Shown in pieces: positions 43,565-56,702 of a DNA stretch of 64,000 nucleotides. Made by a program: the position numbers and the translations under genes. This DNA is from Eledone cirrhosa (Eukaryota). Position 1 is the first letter of the stretch. Each line of letters starts with the position of its first letter. Where the stretch lies: positions 68,138,001 to 68,202,000 of the forward strand of contig OZ024742.1 in the NCBI GenBank assembly GCA_964016885.1. Direction: 5' to 3'. A model generated the notes under the pieces. It worked only from the letters and a program-made list of their open reading frames with translations. It had not been told where the DNA came from and searched no databases.

Positions 43565-44280
43565 CGTGTATTTGTGTGTGCCTCATTGTGGGAATGTAAA
43601 TTATATATATATATATACATATGCAATGCTGTCGTACAGCTACCTTTGTCTTTATCTTTGTTTTTTTGCTACTACAGTACGTAATACCCAGATTTAAGCA
43701 TCTCGTCTTTATAAACACTGCATAGAAAGGGACGAATTAGCCGGGTTAGTTTGAGCACCGTGTTGAGATTTTTCAGCGATCACATGTCTTTTTACACTTT
43801 CCACTAAGGAGGCAATACGTATAAAATCAATATTACTAACAGTTTAGGAGTGCCGGAGAGACCTATTGCGTACATAGCGCAATATCCTCTGTTATTTCAA
43901 TTAAATAAATACATGCTTTGGGAATGCTTTGTTTCACTAATATACTGTACTATAAAGCATACCTGTTGGTTTTAACAAGGCTATGTAAATATATACACAC
44001 ACACTCATGTATAAACAGGGAGTGTAACACGGAGTTACTGTAGGTTCACACGGGAGAGCACTCGATGTTTAGGTTCACGTCAGTATCGAGGTGTAGAGCT
44101 AGACAGAGTGTAATATAATAATACAAGGAAGAATGATTACTCCTTCATTACCTTTATTGGTTGGTGACGCGCGTTTCGCTACTGATCAGCTCAAGGTTCG
44201 ATCTGCATCGATCTAGCTCGACTCTGGAATAAAAAGCTCGTCGGACCTCTGTGGTGGTAATGACAGAATATATATATATA

Positions 44281-44432
44281 AAATAATTCACAATCCCGGC
44301 GGCTGAGCTGTTGAAACGGCCGGAGCTCTGCCGTCGCGGTCCTGAATTTGTTCATATTACCCACTGTACTACCCCAAGTATCGACTACACAGGTGAGTAA
44401 TGGTGTAACTGGTTTTTACTGCCTCCAATCTG
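44281..44432 (+). mobile_element. Diverged family A relative
   Basis: GAAAcggc-cggagctct-gccgTC...attacccactgtactaccccaagtat. Confidence 0.65.
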
Positions 44433-47400
44433 ATATATATATATAGATATGTGTGTGTGTGTAAGTATATGTATATGTATTTATATAATTATATATATGT
44501 ATGTATAATATGTATGTATAATACATATTCATATGACAACCCAGCATCTCTAGTAGCATTTCCTCCCCAAACACTACAATAGAAAACACAAATAACTTTC
44601 ACATTTTCCACAACACCACTTATATCTACCAGCAATACTCTTATCTCTACTCTTATCACAAAATTATAGATGCGAAATTACTAGCTGAATTTATAGAAGT
44701 GTTAGAGCAAATAACTATCACAACACTACCCTTCATTTTTTCTGAGTCGACAAAATAAGGTACTGTCCATGGAAAGGGATTAGTAGGATTGTTAAAGCAC
44801 GGGACGAAATAGCTAGAATATTTCTCCGACTGTTCACATCTTGAGTTCCAATCGTGCAATTGCTTTTTTAGGTGATAGACGTTTCCAAGTATACCAGTTT
44901 AACACAACCATTTGGACATTGGTTACGTTTAGCACATTCTGCAAGCATCCTGTTCCTTGTTTAGACAACATCTTCGTCGTTGCCTGATTCCGAGGACCAT
45001 GAGCAATCAAATTTACAACTCTATGGCCGTTTTCCTTTGAAATATTTCACCTAATTTATAATGCTGATATCTTTGGGAGCATGATTACTATCACAACATA
45101 TCTAAATTAAAAGTTCAATATTGGGAAGAAATTTTGTTTTCTATAAGCACAATCGCGGTTTTTTCAGTTCGTAGTATAATTTTATAAACAAATTCATTAC
45201 TATTTTCATGCCTAAGTAAAACACGAAGAGGCATTGATCACGGTGTTTGCAGTCTTCCTTGGAGAGGTTTTTATTAATAGGGTTGATGCACAATTAGGAA
45301 ATTTATAAATGGGCGTCCGTATAAATGTGGGCAGGAAAATGTCCAGGTTTTTACAATTTGAATGAAAAGGATGAGAAACATGTCAGTGTAAGCCGTAGAC
45401 GATATTATACCGATGTGATAACGGTTTCTGATGTAGACACAAGGATAAAAATTATGTGGGGAGGATTAAATCGACCCCATTGCGTTACTGGTGCTTTATT
45501 TTATTGACTCCGTAAGAATGAGAGGCAAAGCTAACCTCGGCGAGATTTAAACTCAACACCGGTGCAATAATAAAAGGCCAAATGGCAGACGTGTATATCA
45601 GGTGGATCTAAGGGAAGCTGATAACAGTGGAACAAATACATTTGTGATAACAGTAGGATAAGTAGGAGAGGAGAGGGAGTGTTTGTAAGAAAGAGGTTAT
45701 AATTTGCTACTGAATAGAGTGCTATGTAATCTGAATGCTAGAATATATGTCGATTGAATATTTGTCAGAATGAAGAAAGAGTGCTGTGTAAGCCAGAGGT
45801 GGAAATATGTTGGAGACTGAGTTTTGACAAATGAAACTGGAGACTGTTGTGTAAAGTTGAGGTTTTAGTGCATTGCCATATCTTTGTCAAACAGTCCAAA
45901 GGCAACGAAGAGCAGTATGCAAGCTGGACGGTGAGAAATTTGAGAGTAATTTCTTTTGTCCATCTGATTTGCGGAGGAAAACTCTGAAAGCCAAACATTA
46001 CAGTGCGTTATTGACTGAATCTTATTCAGATTGGGGAGCACGCCGTGAAAAAGGTATTTCGTAATATTTTGGTGACTCACTGAGATTGAGAAGGCACTGT
46101 AACGTGTGAATGATTTAGACGTCGCCAATCAGATTGAAGAGAGTACAACGACTAAGCCAGTTGATGCCGGTTTCTTTCTAATTAATTAGCCTTGTTTTCG
46201 ATGAAATTTACAATATTTATTCGTGTAATAATAACGCCATTGTATATGCCTCCGTAGTTAATAATGTAGAAAATTACATGAACATCATAAAATCACATAC
46301 CCATATATAACACTAAAGATGTTAGTGGCCACTCAACACAAAAGTCGCATTAAGTCGGGAAATAATATTTATCAATTTAGACCGAACAGTAACATATAGT
46401 GAAGCTTGAATAGTATTCGATTTCGATTATTGATTTTAATTATTTAAATGTACTTACATTAAGAATAATCCTTAAAAAGCAATTACGTAATCCAACCCGT
46501 AATTCTCATTTATTTATTTGTTTCTTTCTTAATCATTAATATAGCATCTAGGAGAAAACCAGCATTAGATATTTTTTACTGGTACAAATTATCTCTATGT
46601 TATGACTTCTGTTATGGAATGAGTAAAGAGAAAAGTATCAGAGATGTGGTAACGTTTTATAGTAATCGAAGTGAACTTGCGCTAGCTAAACCTCACATCG
46701 AGCTCCTGGTCTTGTGAATGGCTTGGAGTTTATTTCTTACTCAAGAGTAATCCTCGCAGCTCAGAAAACGATATAATTTGTCAGAGATAGATCCGCAGTT
46801 TTTCTACATTTATTATTCAACCATGATTGAAATTAGAATCCCAGAAATTTCGAAAAAGAAAAAAAAAAAAGAATATTTAAAAAAATCAAAACCCACAGAG
46901 AAAAATATTAGAATAAATGGAAGATGTCAATAAAACAAAAGCCAGTAAAATGCAATAAAAAAGGTTTGCTGACTTTATCAGTTCATTAGTAACACAAACA
47001 CTAAGGATGTCTTTGATATTTCACGTGAAGGATGAGTTTTCTTTGACACCCGCGGCACTTCAATGCTTTCTCTTTAATTAAATATCCTGCAACATCCATC
47101 AAATGGAATTGGTTTCTTCCAATTTCTCTCCCCTTCTTTCCCTCTCCCTCCCTCTCTTTCATTCTCTCTCTCTTTCTCTCTCTCTCTTCTCCATACTAAT
47201 ATGCTCACACGGACACACACACACGCTTTTCGTTTGGCTTTCAATGCCTGAATCTGCAAACATGACATTACCCACAAACTGTTGATTCTCCAATTCTCTA
47301 TATCACACGTTCAATTCCATTATATTTTACTAGAACATTTCTTCGTTTAATAGTTATTGTGGTGTGTGTTTGTTTTCAATTGATTATTTGTTTGATTCAT

Positions 47401-48417
47401 TTGTTTTATTTTCGTTTGCGTTTATAATTTCCTTATTTTTCTAACTTTATATAAATATCATTTACTTTAGTAATTGTAAGTGTTGATGCCAGAATGTTGT
47501 ACTTTATCATTTTAATGCATCATGAATCAAACACACATGCACACACACACACACACATACGCAAACACACACACATATATATATATATATGTTTGTGTGT
47601 GGAGGCAAGGGGGTGTGTGCATCTGTGTGGGCTTGTGTGTGCGCACGTGTATGTATATATGTATGTATATGACCACATATGTACAGAATGCAATTTATTC
47701 TGGAGTTTTCTCCACCGACATAATATGTACATCAACTTACAATGTGGTATAAACAACACCCTAAGATCATGCAATCTCAAGTTTTATTCCAATGCATATA
47801 TTCATTGCTTTCGCTCTCCGCCCTGATGGAAACATTCATCGTTTATTAAGCAAAGGCGATCTCTCTCTCTCTCTCCCTCTCACCCTCACTCTCCCTCTCG
47901 CTCTTCCAACCATCATTGGTATTTCATAGGTTTAAAGACCATATACCTCCGGTTGGTGCGAGCAACGGCTAAAAAAAGTCGTTGGGACACGTAAATAAAG
48001 GGGACACGAGAGTGTAAACAAACAAAGATGGTGAAGCAATGAAAAGTGAGGAAAAGGAGTTAAGTCCCAAATTTCCATGAATATAAGTTCGGTGAAATCG
48101 TGAACGAGAGAGAATAAAGATCATCAAACCTGGTTGGAATGTGAGCAAGGAAGGAATTCCGTACAGGTCTAACGGGAGGAAGAAGGAATCTAGTCTGTGA
48201 ATTCGTTGAACATAAGTTCTGTGAAATCGTAGACGAGAGAGAGAGAAAAAAGCGAACCTGCCTGACCAAGGGTGCGAAAGAAAAGAATTACGCACAGGTC
48301 AAACGGGAAGAAGGAGGAGGAGGAGAGGTAGTAACAAAGAGTGAGTGAGTGAAGGGTGAGGAAGAGGCTAACAGAGAGAGTGACTGTTAGAGAGGGTAAA
48401 GATACAGAGAAAGAGGA

Positions 48418-49795
48418 AGCAGTATCAATAAACCTAAATCTCAGCCCATCCATAACAACATACAAAACCGCAACGGAGAACCTGCACATAGGAAGGCCTC
48501 CAACTGTAACTGCCACCTGCCGGATAAGTGGCCACTACAAAATAGATGCCTGGAATCAAGTATGGTGTACTTGTGTACTATAAATTCGGGCAACTTAACA
48601 TGGCACTACATAGGTTCCACGGCTGGGGAGTTCAAAAAAAGATGGTACGCTCACAGACACTCTATCAAGAGCCGTAGTCTAGAGAACTCAACAACGCTGG
48701 CCAATAAAATCTGACAGCTTAGGGACACAGACCAGGAATATAGGATTAACTGGTCAAAATTATCAGGGGCAAGAGCCTACAGCAATGGAATGTCCCACTG
48801 CGGACTTTTCAATATGGAGCTATTCCATATTTTAAAGTATGATAAGATGCTGCTTAACAGCAAAATAGAAAGATCAATTTATGTAGGAACATAGCAGATA
48901 CCAAGTTCACAAGTTTCAAACCAACATGATTCGACCCAACAATCTCAAAATTCGAGCTGAACCACCCGGATTTTAATGTACTGAATACATACCACCACAC
49001 TGTTATTAGCTGTCAACTGACTGACTGGTCACTAGATCAACATCATAAATCTCCTAACCTTTCTTTCACTCTCTCTCTCCCTAAAGCCACATCAACCCCA
49101 TTAAGATAAGACAATCAACATGTTAAATAATTACCACACGCACATACAAATTCTCCTTCCCTGTCCTTAGCTCTACCCCTTATGTCTCATCTTCGTATCT
49201 CTCAATTTTTTTATTTTTTTATTTATTTATTATTTTTTTTTTTTTATCTGTCATTTGTTACTACCTTTTATTCTCTACTTCCAATCCTCTGAGATTTGAC
49301 CACCACGTATGTATCTAATGCTGCCTTTCATGTTAGTATTATCTCCACCCTCACATCTTTATACATACACTTACTCACTACCACAACTATTATCAGCAAT
49401 CGTATTCTGTACTTATATTTTTTTACTTATTTTTTTACTTATTTTTTACATCTGTAACTTCTTTACTTCTTTATCATTATATTTTATTATTGATGTTATT
49501 GTTTGATTCCTCGTTGTATCTATATATGTATATGCCATTGCCATATGTGAAATCTCTAGTATTATTCTGATGATTTGATCAGAGGTAAACACTGTATTTA
49601 AGGTCGAGTGACGCAACTTCGAGTGATTAGCGGCCTTTAGGCTCACCTGATCAATGAAACAATTGTTAATACTTGAAATAAACCCCTTGTTGTACAGCCG
49701 ACCATGTTATTCTTCAATATTTCACTATATATATAAATATAAGTATTATATCAGCTGTACTAAGAGTGAGAAATGAAATTTCTTTTTTTCCATTT
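48418..49795 (+). mobile_element. Penelope-like (Naiad-type) 3' fragment: GIY-YIG remnant (~48420-48930), 3' region, hammerhead
   Basis: Frame missed by the ORF track: CNCHLPDKWPLQNRCLESSMVYLC..HYIGSTAGEFKKRWYAHRHS..TTLANKI*QL..INW..AY..CGL..LLN. Confidence 0.88.
49558..49673 (+). ncRNA. Type I hammerhead ribozyme with ~80-nt stem II domain
   Basis: tatt CTGATGA t-ttgatcag...ctgatcaa-t GAAA CAATTG TT aata. Confidence 0.82.
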
Positions 49796-50326
49796 ATATA
49801 TATAGTTTTAATAGAGAGCTGACAGACTAGGGATATGCAATCAACACTCTAGTCGGTTGGCTGTGATGAAGATAAAATGAAGCGCTCAACGACATGTATA
49901 AACAGTTAAAGCCGAGGCATTATAGAATGTTAACTACATGGAAGGCCATATGAAGTTGTTTGTAGATAATTTTCATATCCATGATATATATATATATATA
50001 TATATTTCGTTGTTTTAAATTGCTCGTTAAACTATTTTTATAGCATCTGACGTGCTTGGGGCGACTAAGTAGGTAGGATGAGCACTACTTAGTTGCTGAC
50101 CCCAGCGTAATATATATCACGGGTATGAAAGTAAACCTTCATACAACTGCTTATGACCTTAAATGTATTTGATTTTACAGGAAATATGAGGAAATAATAG
50201 ACAAAACATACCTATTTTTTCTTCAAAGTCCCGACTGTAATTTGGCCGATCCGCGTGCAAAGTGTTCTGCACTATAAAAGGGATTGTGTCTTGACGCGTT
50301 CGTTGCAAGTAAGAAAATCTGTAGAG

Positions 50327-50776
50327 ACGGTGGGTGGAATTAACACGTGATACAATTGTAAAAAAAAAGGACTGTTTCTTTCGTAGCAAGTGAGAATATC
50401 TCGGGAGGCGGAAGGAGAGATTAACATATGATATACTGATCACAGAAGGGTAGTAAGGTGGACAGCGAGGGATTAATGTATTTGCTAGAGAACGCAGTTA
50501 GTACACTCCTGGGTTAATCCGGGGACAATATAATAATGAAATACACACAGATATTAATATGTATATACATACATATATATATATAATATATAATATATAT
50601 ATATGAGTAATTTAGATCGATGCAATGCTAGACACATATAAACCATCGCTATTTTTTCAAGTGTGTCGTTGACAGAACTTGCTCAATAACAACAGGTGTG
50701 AAAACCTGTATCAAAACGAATTCATAACGAAACAGTCGTGAAGAGCCGATTACCAAACATAACTTATATATCAAAA

Positions 50777-50864
<88 letters not shown>

Positions 50865-50874
50865 TGTGTGTGTG

Positions 50875-50932
<58 letters not shown>

Positions 50933-51386
50933 TTTTGATATATAAGTTATGTTTGGTAATCGGCTCTTCACGACTGTTTCGTTATGAATTCGTTTTGATA
51001 CAGGTTTTCACACCTGTTGTTATTGAGCAAGTTCTGTCAACGACACACTTGAAAAAATAGCGATGGTTTATATGTGTCTAGCATTGCATCGATCTAAATT
51101 ACTCATATATATATATATTATATATTATATATATATATGTATGTATATACATATTAATATCTGTGTGTATTTCATTATTATATTGTCCCCGGAGTTAACC
51201 CAGGAGTGTACTAACTGCGTTCTCTAGCAAATACATTAATCCCTCGCTGTCCACCTTACTACCCTTCTGTGATCAGTATATCATATGTTAATCTCTCCTT
51301 CCGCCTCCCGAGATATTTTCACTTGCTACAAAAGAAACAGTCCTTTTTTTTTTACAATTGTATCACATGTTAATTCCACCCACCGT
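50327..51386. repeat. Near-perfect ~450-bp inverted duplication around (TA)n(TG)n(TA)n
   Basis: 50327-50779 is the reverse complement of 50930-51386 with only a few differences. Confidence 0.95.
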
Positions 51387-52584
51387 TAATTCCAACCTGC
51401 GATGATATATATATCAAAACTTATAATACAAACGCTTGAACCAAACGGTTTCGATACCGCCAAACTAAAGATAATTCCAATTGTTAAATATTTCTAAACA
51501 ACTATTAAGACTCCACAATTTCGTCAGCAACCGAAAGTCCAAGTCGTCTCTACAGAAAGGCAAAGCTAGATTGGCAATGCCTGGTATTCTGTTAGTATAG
51601 CTACTATAAATGTTACTGTATTATGATGGAAAAAAGTGTTGAGGTAAAATTGGTGGGAAGATGCTAAACATGGAACCACATCCCTTTCGACCAAGAAAGC
51701 ACTCAACCGATCAAATCAAATATTTGAGAGGAAATTACAATAGAAATTTAGATCGATACAATGCACGATGCATGGAGGCTTTTGCTAATCTTTCGAGCAT
51801 GCCACTCTCGGAACTTGCTCGATAATAACATGTGTGAAAACCTGTATCAGAGCGAAGTCATAGCGATACAATCACGCAGTCAAGATACCTAAATAGAATA
51901 TAATAGAGTGAATGGGAAATTAAAGAAATTTAACAAAAGAAAACATCTAAAACTGTTATAGTATCATATATAGTATCCACTTTCATAAATTCAATTTTTT
52001 GTTGTGATTTCATTAAATTTATCAACTAGGTTCACTGCATCTTTTTCAAGCTATGGGATTCTGCTTGCCTTATGATGATTGTGGGCATTGATCTTTAGTT
52101 TCTCCTGACCATTGCTGGACTAGATTTACGTTCAAAGCCATACCCTCAATGACCATCCCATCTGTAATGTACTCATAGTGTATTCAGATCTATTTACCTT
52201 ATTACGGGTGCAGGTATAGCTGAATGGTTACGAATTTCGCTTTAATATCATAAGGTCCTGGATACTATCTCATTCTTGTAGAAGTGACTTCACCATTGAC
52301 ACGTTCAACCGAAGTCTTGTGAGTGAAATAGAGTAGATGGAGACTGTATGGAATTCCGACACCTGGACAGTACATGTATTTCGAATGTTTAAATTTGACA
52401 CAGTTTGTCATGCTTAAGCATCCTGGGAATTACGTTAAGGGTGCACATCTCTGTTGACCACTCAACCACTTATACGTTAACCTATAAGTTGAACGTTCAT
52501 TTGATTGAACAACTGAATGTTCGTCATCACAATATACGAAGAATTCCTCATTATTATATGTATATCCATTATTATATATATAAT

Positions 52585-52770
52585 GGCGGTGGATTGGCAG
52601 TATCGGTAGAGGGTCGGACGCCATGCTTTCCAGCATAGTTATGTCCCTTTACGGTCTGAGTTCAAATCCCGTCGAGGTTAACTTTGCCTTTCATCCTTAC
52701 GGGGTCGATAAAATAAAGTACCAGTAATGCACTGGGTATTTGCTGGCCTTGTGCCAAATGTAGAAACAAT
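52585..52770 (+). mobile_element. Full-length tRNA-derived SINE
   Basis: Same family as 40476-40663. Confidence 0.9.
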
Positions 52771-54499
52771 TATATATATATCCAGCGATTTTTAAAGAGA
52801 TTCGAATATGATTTGAGGAAGAAACGGCTACTATCAAGTTGAACTACAATATTCCATTGACTTTATTCGAACGTCCCTGCCATCATGCAACTGAAAGACG
52901 GCCTAACCATTCGGCAAACAACGTTCATCTCCTGCAGTAGCCGTATATAATGTAATAATTAAATAGTCAATACATTTAGTAATTAAGAAAACATTGTAAA
53001 ATATAGCAGACGCTGTGATCAATAATGTTATGGTTATTAATTATAATTGATTAGTTAATATTGATTCGTGTGTTTAATGAGATTCGATCTCATTGACATG
53101 TCTGACATGGTGATTGGTGTAATATATTGGAGTGGACGTCGGTGGGGTAGTATTGTAATACTATACTACTATAACTACTGATAATTATCCCAATAATAAT
53201 GATAATATTAAGAATAATAACAATAATAATGTTTAATGGTGATAGTGATGGTGTGACGAAGGTGGAGAATCTGGAGGTAATGATAATTATGATAATGATG
53301 ATGATTATAAATATGATGATAGTAATAATTACCTTGGGTGTTGATGGTGATCCTGTTTACAGTGGTGATGGTGTTGGGGGGGGGGGGGTGACGAGACCTA
53401 AAAGATGCATAGAACTTATAAAAAAATGATTAATTTGCTATATAAATAATTAAACTACTGAATTCTAATTAAATAATTCTGAGAGACCATCCACATGATA
53501 AACACTAGATAAGAGAGTGTGAAAATATTTAATACATGATGCATTAAAATGATAACGTACAAAACAGCATGCTGTGATAACAATATTTCACATTTAATAG
53601 TGTTTCTTTATCGTTTTTCTAGCAAATACGGCAAAAAAAACTAGATGCATGTATCTGGTCTTTTGAGTGTTATCAGCGGAAATGTAGCTCTGCATTTTAA
53701 TGCTCGATCCACTCAATATGCTAACATTAGCGGATGTATTAATGTTAAATGTCTGTTGCTGTGCCTCACCATTGTAGGAAACAGGTTTTAGTAGACTAGA
53801 TTTTGCCCCGGTCAATTATTTATACTTGACTTTCGGTTCTAGAGATTAGAATCCAAGCACTCGCATTTTTTGGCTCAGTTTTGTTTAGGACGTGTAAATT
53901 CTTTCGAACAAATAAGAAAGACTCAACGTTGTAGCTTGTGTTGCTAAAGATCACAGTTAAATCTCCATCAAATAACACTCTACCATCTAAATGAAAACCG
54001 TATTGGATAATACATTATATTTGAATGAAAAAAACAAGATAGCAACAGATTGTCTTTTATCATAGATTTGAGATATGTTTATTATCACAGGAACACATAT
54101 GATCAGAGCTACCCTGGATATGAACAAAAACAAGAATATTTTATACTCAAGTAACAAATAACTTTTCGGATAAAGTGCCGTATTATTACTCGAACAGTCT
54201 AGAGCTTATTTGACGTCGACAGAGATAGCTAAATTGTTTCCCTAACATACACAATTTCTTATCAAAATGACAGTTACTAGATGATAGTAGATGCAAATGT
54301 AATGTGCAAATCTCATCGTAGGCTTTGTATATGATGGCGAATATTCCATCAAGTTTGCCAGATTGTCTTTGCTCACTTGGCTGGCTCTGAAATATCAGCT
54401 TTTGGCGTATTTATGGTGTTGCATTTTTGTTTATTATCTTTTCTTGTGTCAGTTATAAAGCTTGGCTAGATGTGGTTCCGCCTCAAATAAACATATTGT

Positions 54500-55050
54500 T
54501 GTCCTTTCTCATTAGACTGTGCAGGGGTGTTCCAGAAGGAGGCATATTAGGAGATGGTGCGTAGTCTGTGGTTCGATGCAGCAGTCACACACAACGTCCC
54601 TATCCTTACAATATCCCCATTTTGCAAGATTTACTTTTGAACGTCCAACACCAGATGTTTAGGCATTTCCACACTGCATAGTTTGTATCTGCTCCAGTGG
54701 GCAGTGCCTCGCGGATGGGAGGTTGTTAAATTTTTCTTCCCAGCGAGTGACTCTTTCACTATTTATGCTTGATGTTTCAAGGGGTGTGATATTTTTTTTT
54801 ATTTCTCAGTAGAATATCAATCTTGCTTTTTATAGTAAAAATATAGAATATATAAATTAAGGCTATCTAGCATACTGAAAGCAAAGTTCCTTCTGATAGA
54901 ACCATATTCACGGGGTGAAAAGTATCATTGGTGCTGACTTTACTTCTCTGAATAAGATAAAAATCCTCTGCACTATACATACACATGACAGGGCACCATT
55001 CTATTGTGTTTTAAGAGTAACACTTGGCATAGACCACATATATCTATGAC
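54500..55050 (-). pseudogene. Degenerate LINE C-terminal remnant (RTE-X-like)
   Basis: Frameshifted WKCLN..GVGRSK..KWG..CDC...TTHHL..C pattern. Confidence 0.45.
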
Positions 55051-56383
55051 TACATTGGCAATTGATATTGATATTTTGTTAGTACTATCGTTGGTCTTGT
55101 TTTCATCATGAAATAAGTAACGGAAGAGTAGTGAAGGTGTTGATATCGGTTGTTTTGGTTTTAGTGATGGTATTCTGTTGGTGGTAGTGGTGGTTAAAAT
55201 GCTGTTGATTTGTCTCAGGTTGCTCTTCGTTGAGCAGATATATGATCAAATGCGTTCAACCCTATTTTAAGATGTATCTATGGTTGTATTATTTCATACC
55301 TCATTTCTTTAATTCTTATGATGGTAGGATGGGTATGATTTGAGGATAATCAGTTATTACTTTCCCTTCCATTGACGGAACGTTCACACATATATATATA
55401 TAGACAAACTTACAAACACATGTATACTCTCATACGTATTAGCTCTCAGGAAATTATATAAAAATATGTAAGCAACTACACACGAAGTACGTATAAATTT
55501 CAGGTAATGCATGCAGAAACTCAGTCTTAGTACATAAAATATATTTTATAAAGACACATTCGCACATATCCGTATAGTAATTTAGATGTGGTTACTCCGG
55601 TTATTACAACTGACTATTGAGTGCACATTTCCTCTTTGCTATGAATCTGCATTCTTTACCCATAACCAAGCTACCACAGAAATGGAAACCATCTGATTAT
55701 AGCAACTATAACTATGATAGTTAATGGAAAAGCTTTATTTTATTGATTTCAGTCATTACACTGTGGCCATACTTGAGCACCATCTTCAATGTTTTGCCAT
55801 TGTAATATTGTTTTGAAAATGCACAAACCATCAAACGAACTCTATTTCTAGGCAAAACACATCTCAATGTGACACTTATTTCAATGTTACACAATGATAA
55901 CGTTAACGCCGAAGAGCTGCAAATAAATTGAGCGTGACATGACATTATACAATGCATGCAGCTGGCCATTTACGTTTATATCATCAGTAAGAACAAATCG
56001 AAAAAACAGAATTAGAATGCAGCTTAAATTCTTCGGTACTACTGTTAGAATTACAGTGGAAGTAATACTTACAAACCAATGCAGTAAGGACTTCACTTTA
56101 TCTCCAGAAATACTAAAAGATTTTATACTTCGTAAATTCTATGCTGAAGAGCATACTTGTTTCCTTGTGAATGACATTATTGAAGAGGATCTGTAGATTT
56201 TTACATGAAGTAATATACCTGAAATATATTTGAATATGTTTTTTGTTTTTCTTTTTAGCGCTTTCGGTTTTTCTCATGCAATAATTTGGCTTCATGATTA
56301 GCTTTTTATCTGGCAAATTTGGTTTAAATTTGAGTTATATATTTGAATTTTATGCTCAAATATACTCTCTCCTCTCTCTCTCT

Positions 56384-56431
<48 letters not shown>

Positions 56432-56433
<2 letters not shown>

Positions 56434-56629
56434 CGAAGGAAATGTGGTAAGGAACCATAACGCACCAAAGTACTCAATACTTATGGTAGTAGAATGGGTA
56501 ATAGGAACAAATAGGACGCCGACGGTTGAGCTCAAGTCGTTTCGACGGCTAATTCTGGACTAAAATGGATTTTAGTTCAGAATTAGCCCTCGAAATGGCT
56601 TGAGCTCAGCCGTCGGGGTCCTACTTGGT

Positions 56630-56632
<3 letters not shown>
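56432..56632. mobile_element. Family A inverted insertion
   Basis: Arms 56500-56565 and 56570-56632 are inverted; standard termini. Confidence 0.82.
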
Positions 56633-56692
<60 letters not shown>

Positions 56693-56702
56693 ATTATTAT
56701 TA

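Noticed and set aside
45600-46140. Possible decayed L2/CR1 reverse transcriptase on the - strand
   Set aside because: Only vague motif resemblance; not supportable without alignment
48700-48970. Selenocysteine recoding/SECIS, known in some Naiad elements (in-frame TGA at 48712 and ~31028)
   Set aside because: The TGAs fall at a Trp position and a variable position, not at Cys sites, and no convincing SECIS fold was seen
52205-52290. tRNA gene
   Set aside because: A-box-like head but no cloverleaf; more likely an old tRNA-derived SINE
53594-56200. Short ORFs at 53594-53815 and 55721-56196 as host exons
   Set aside because: No recognisable domain or consistent splice-site pair
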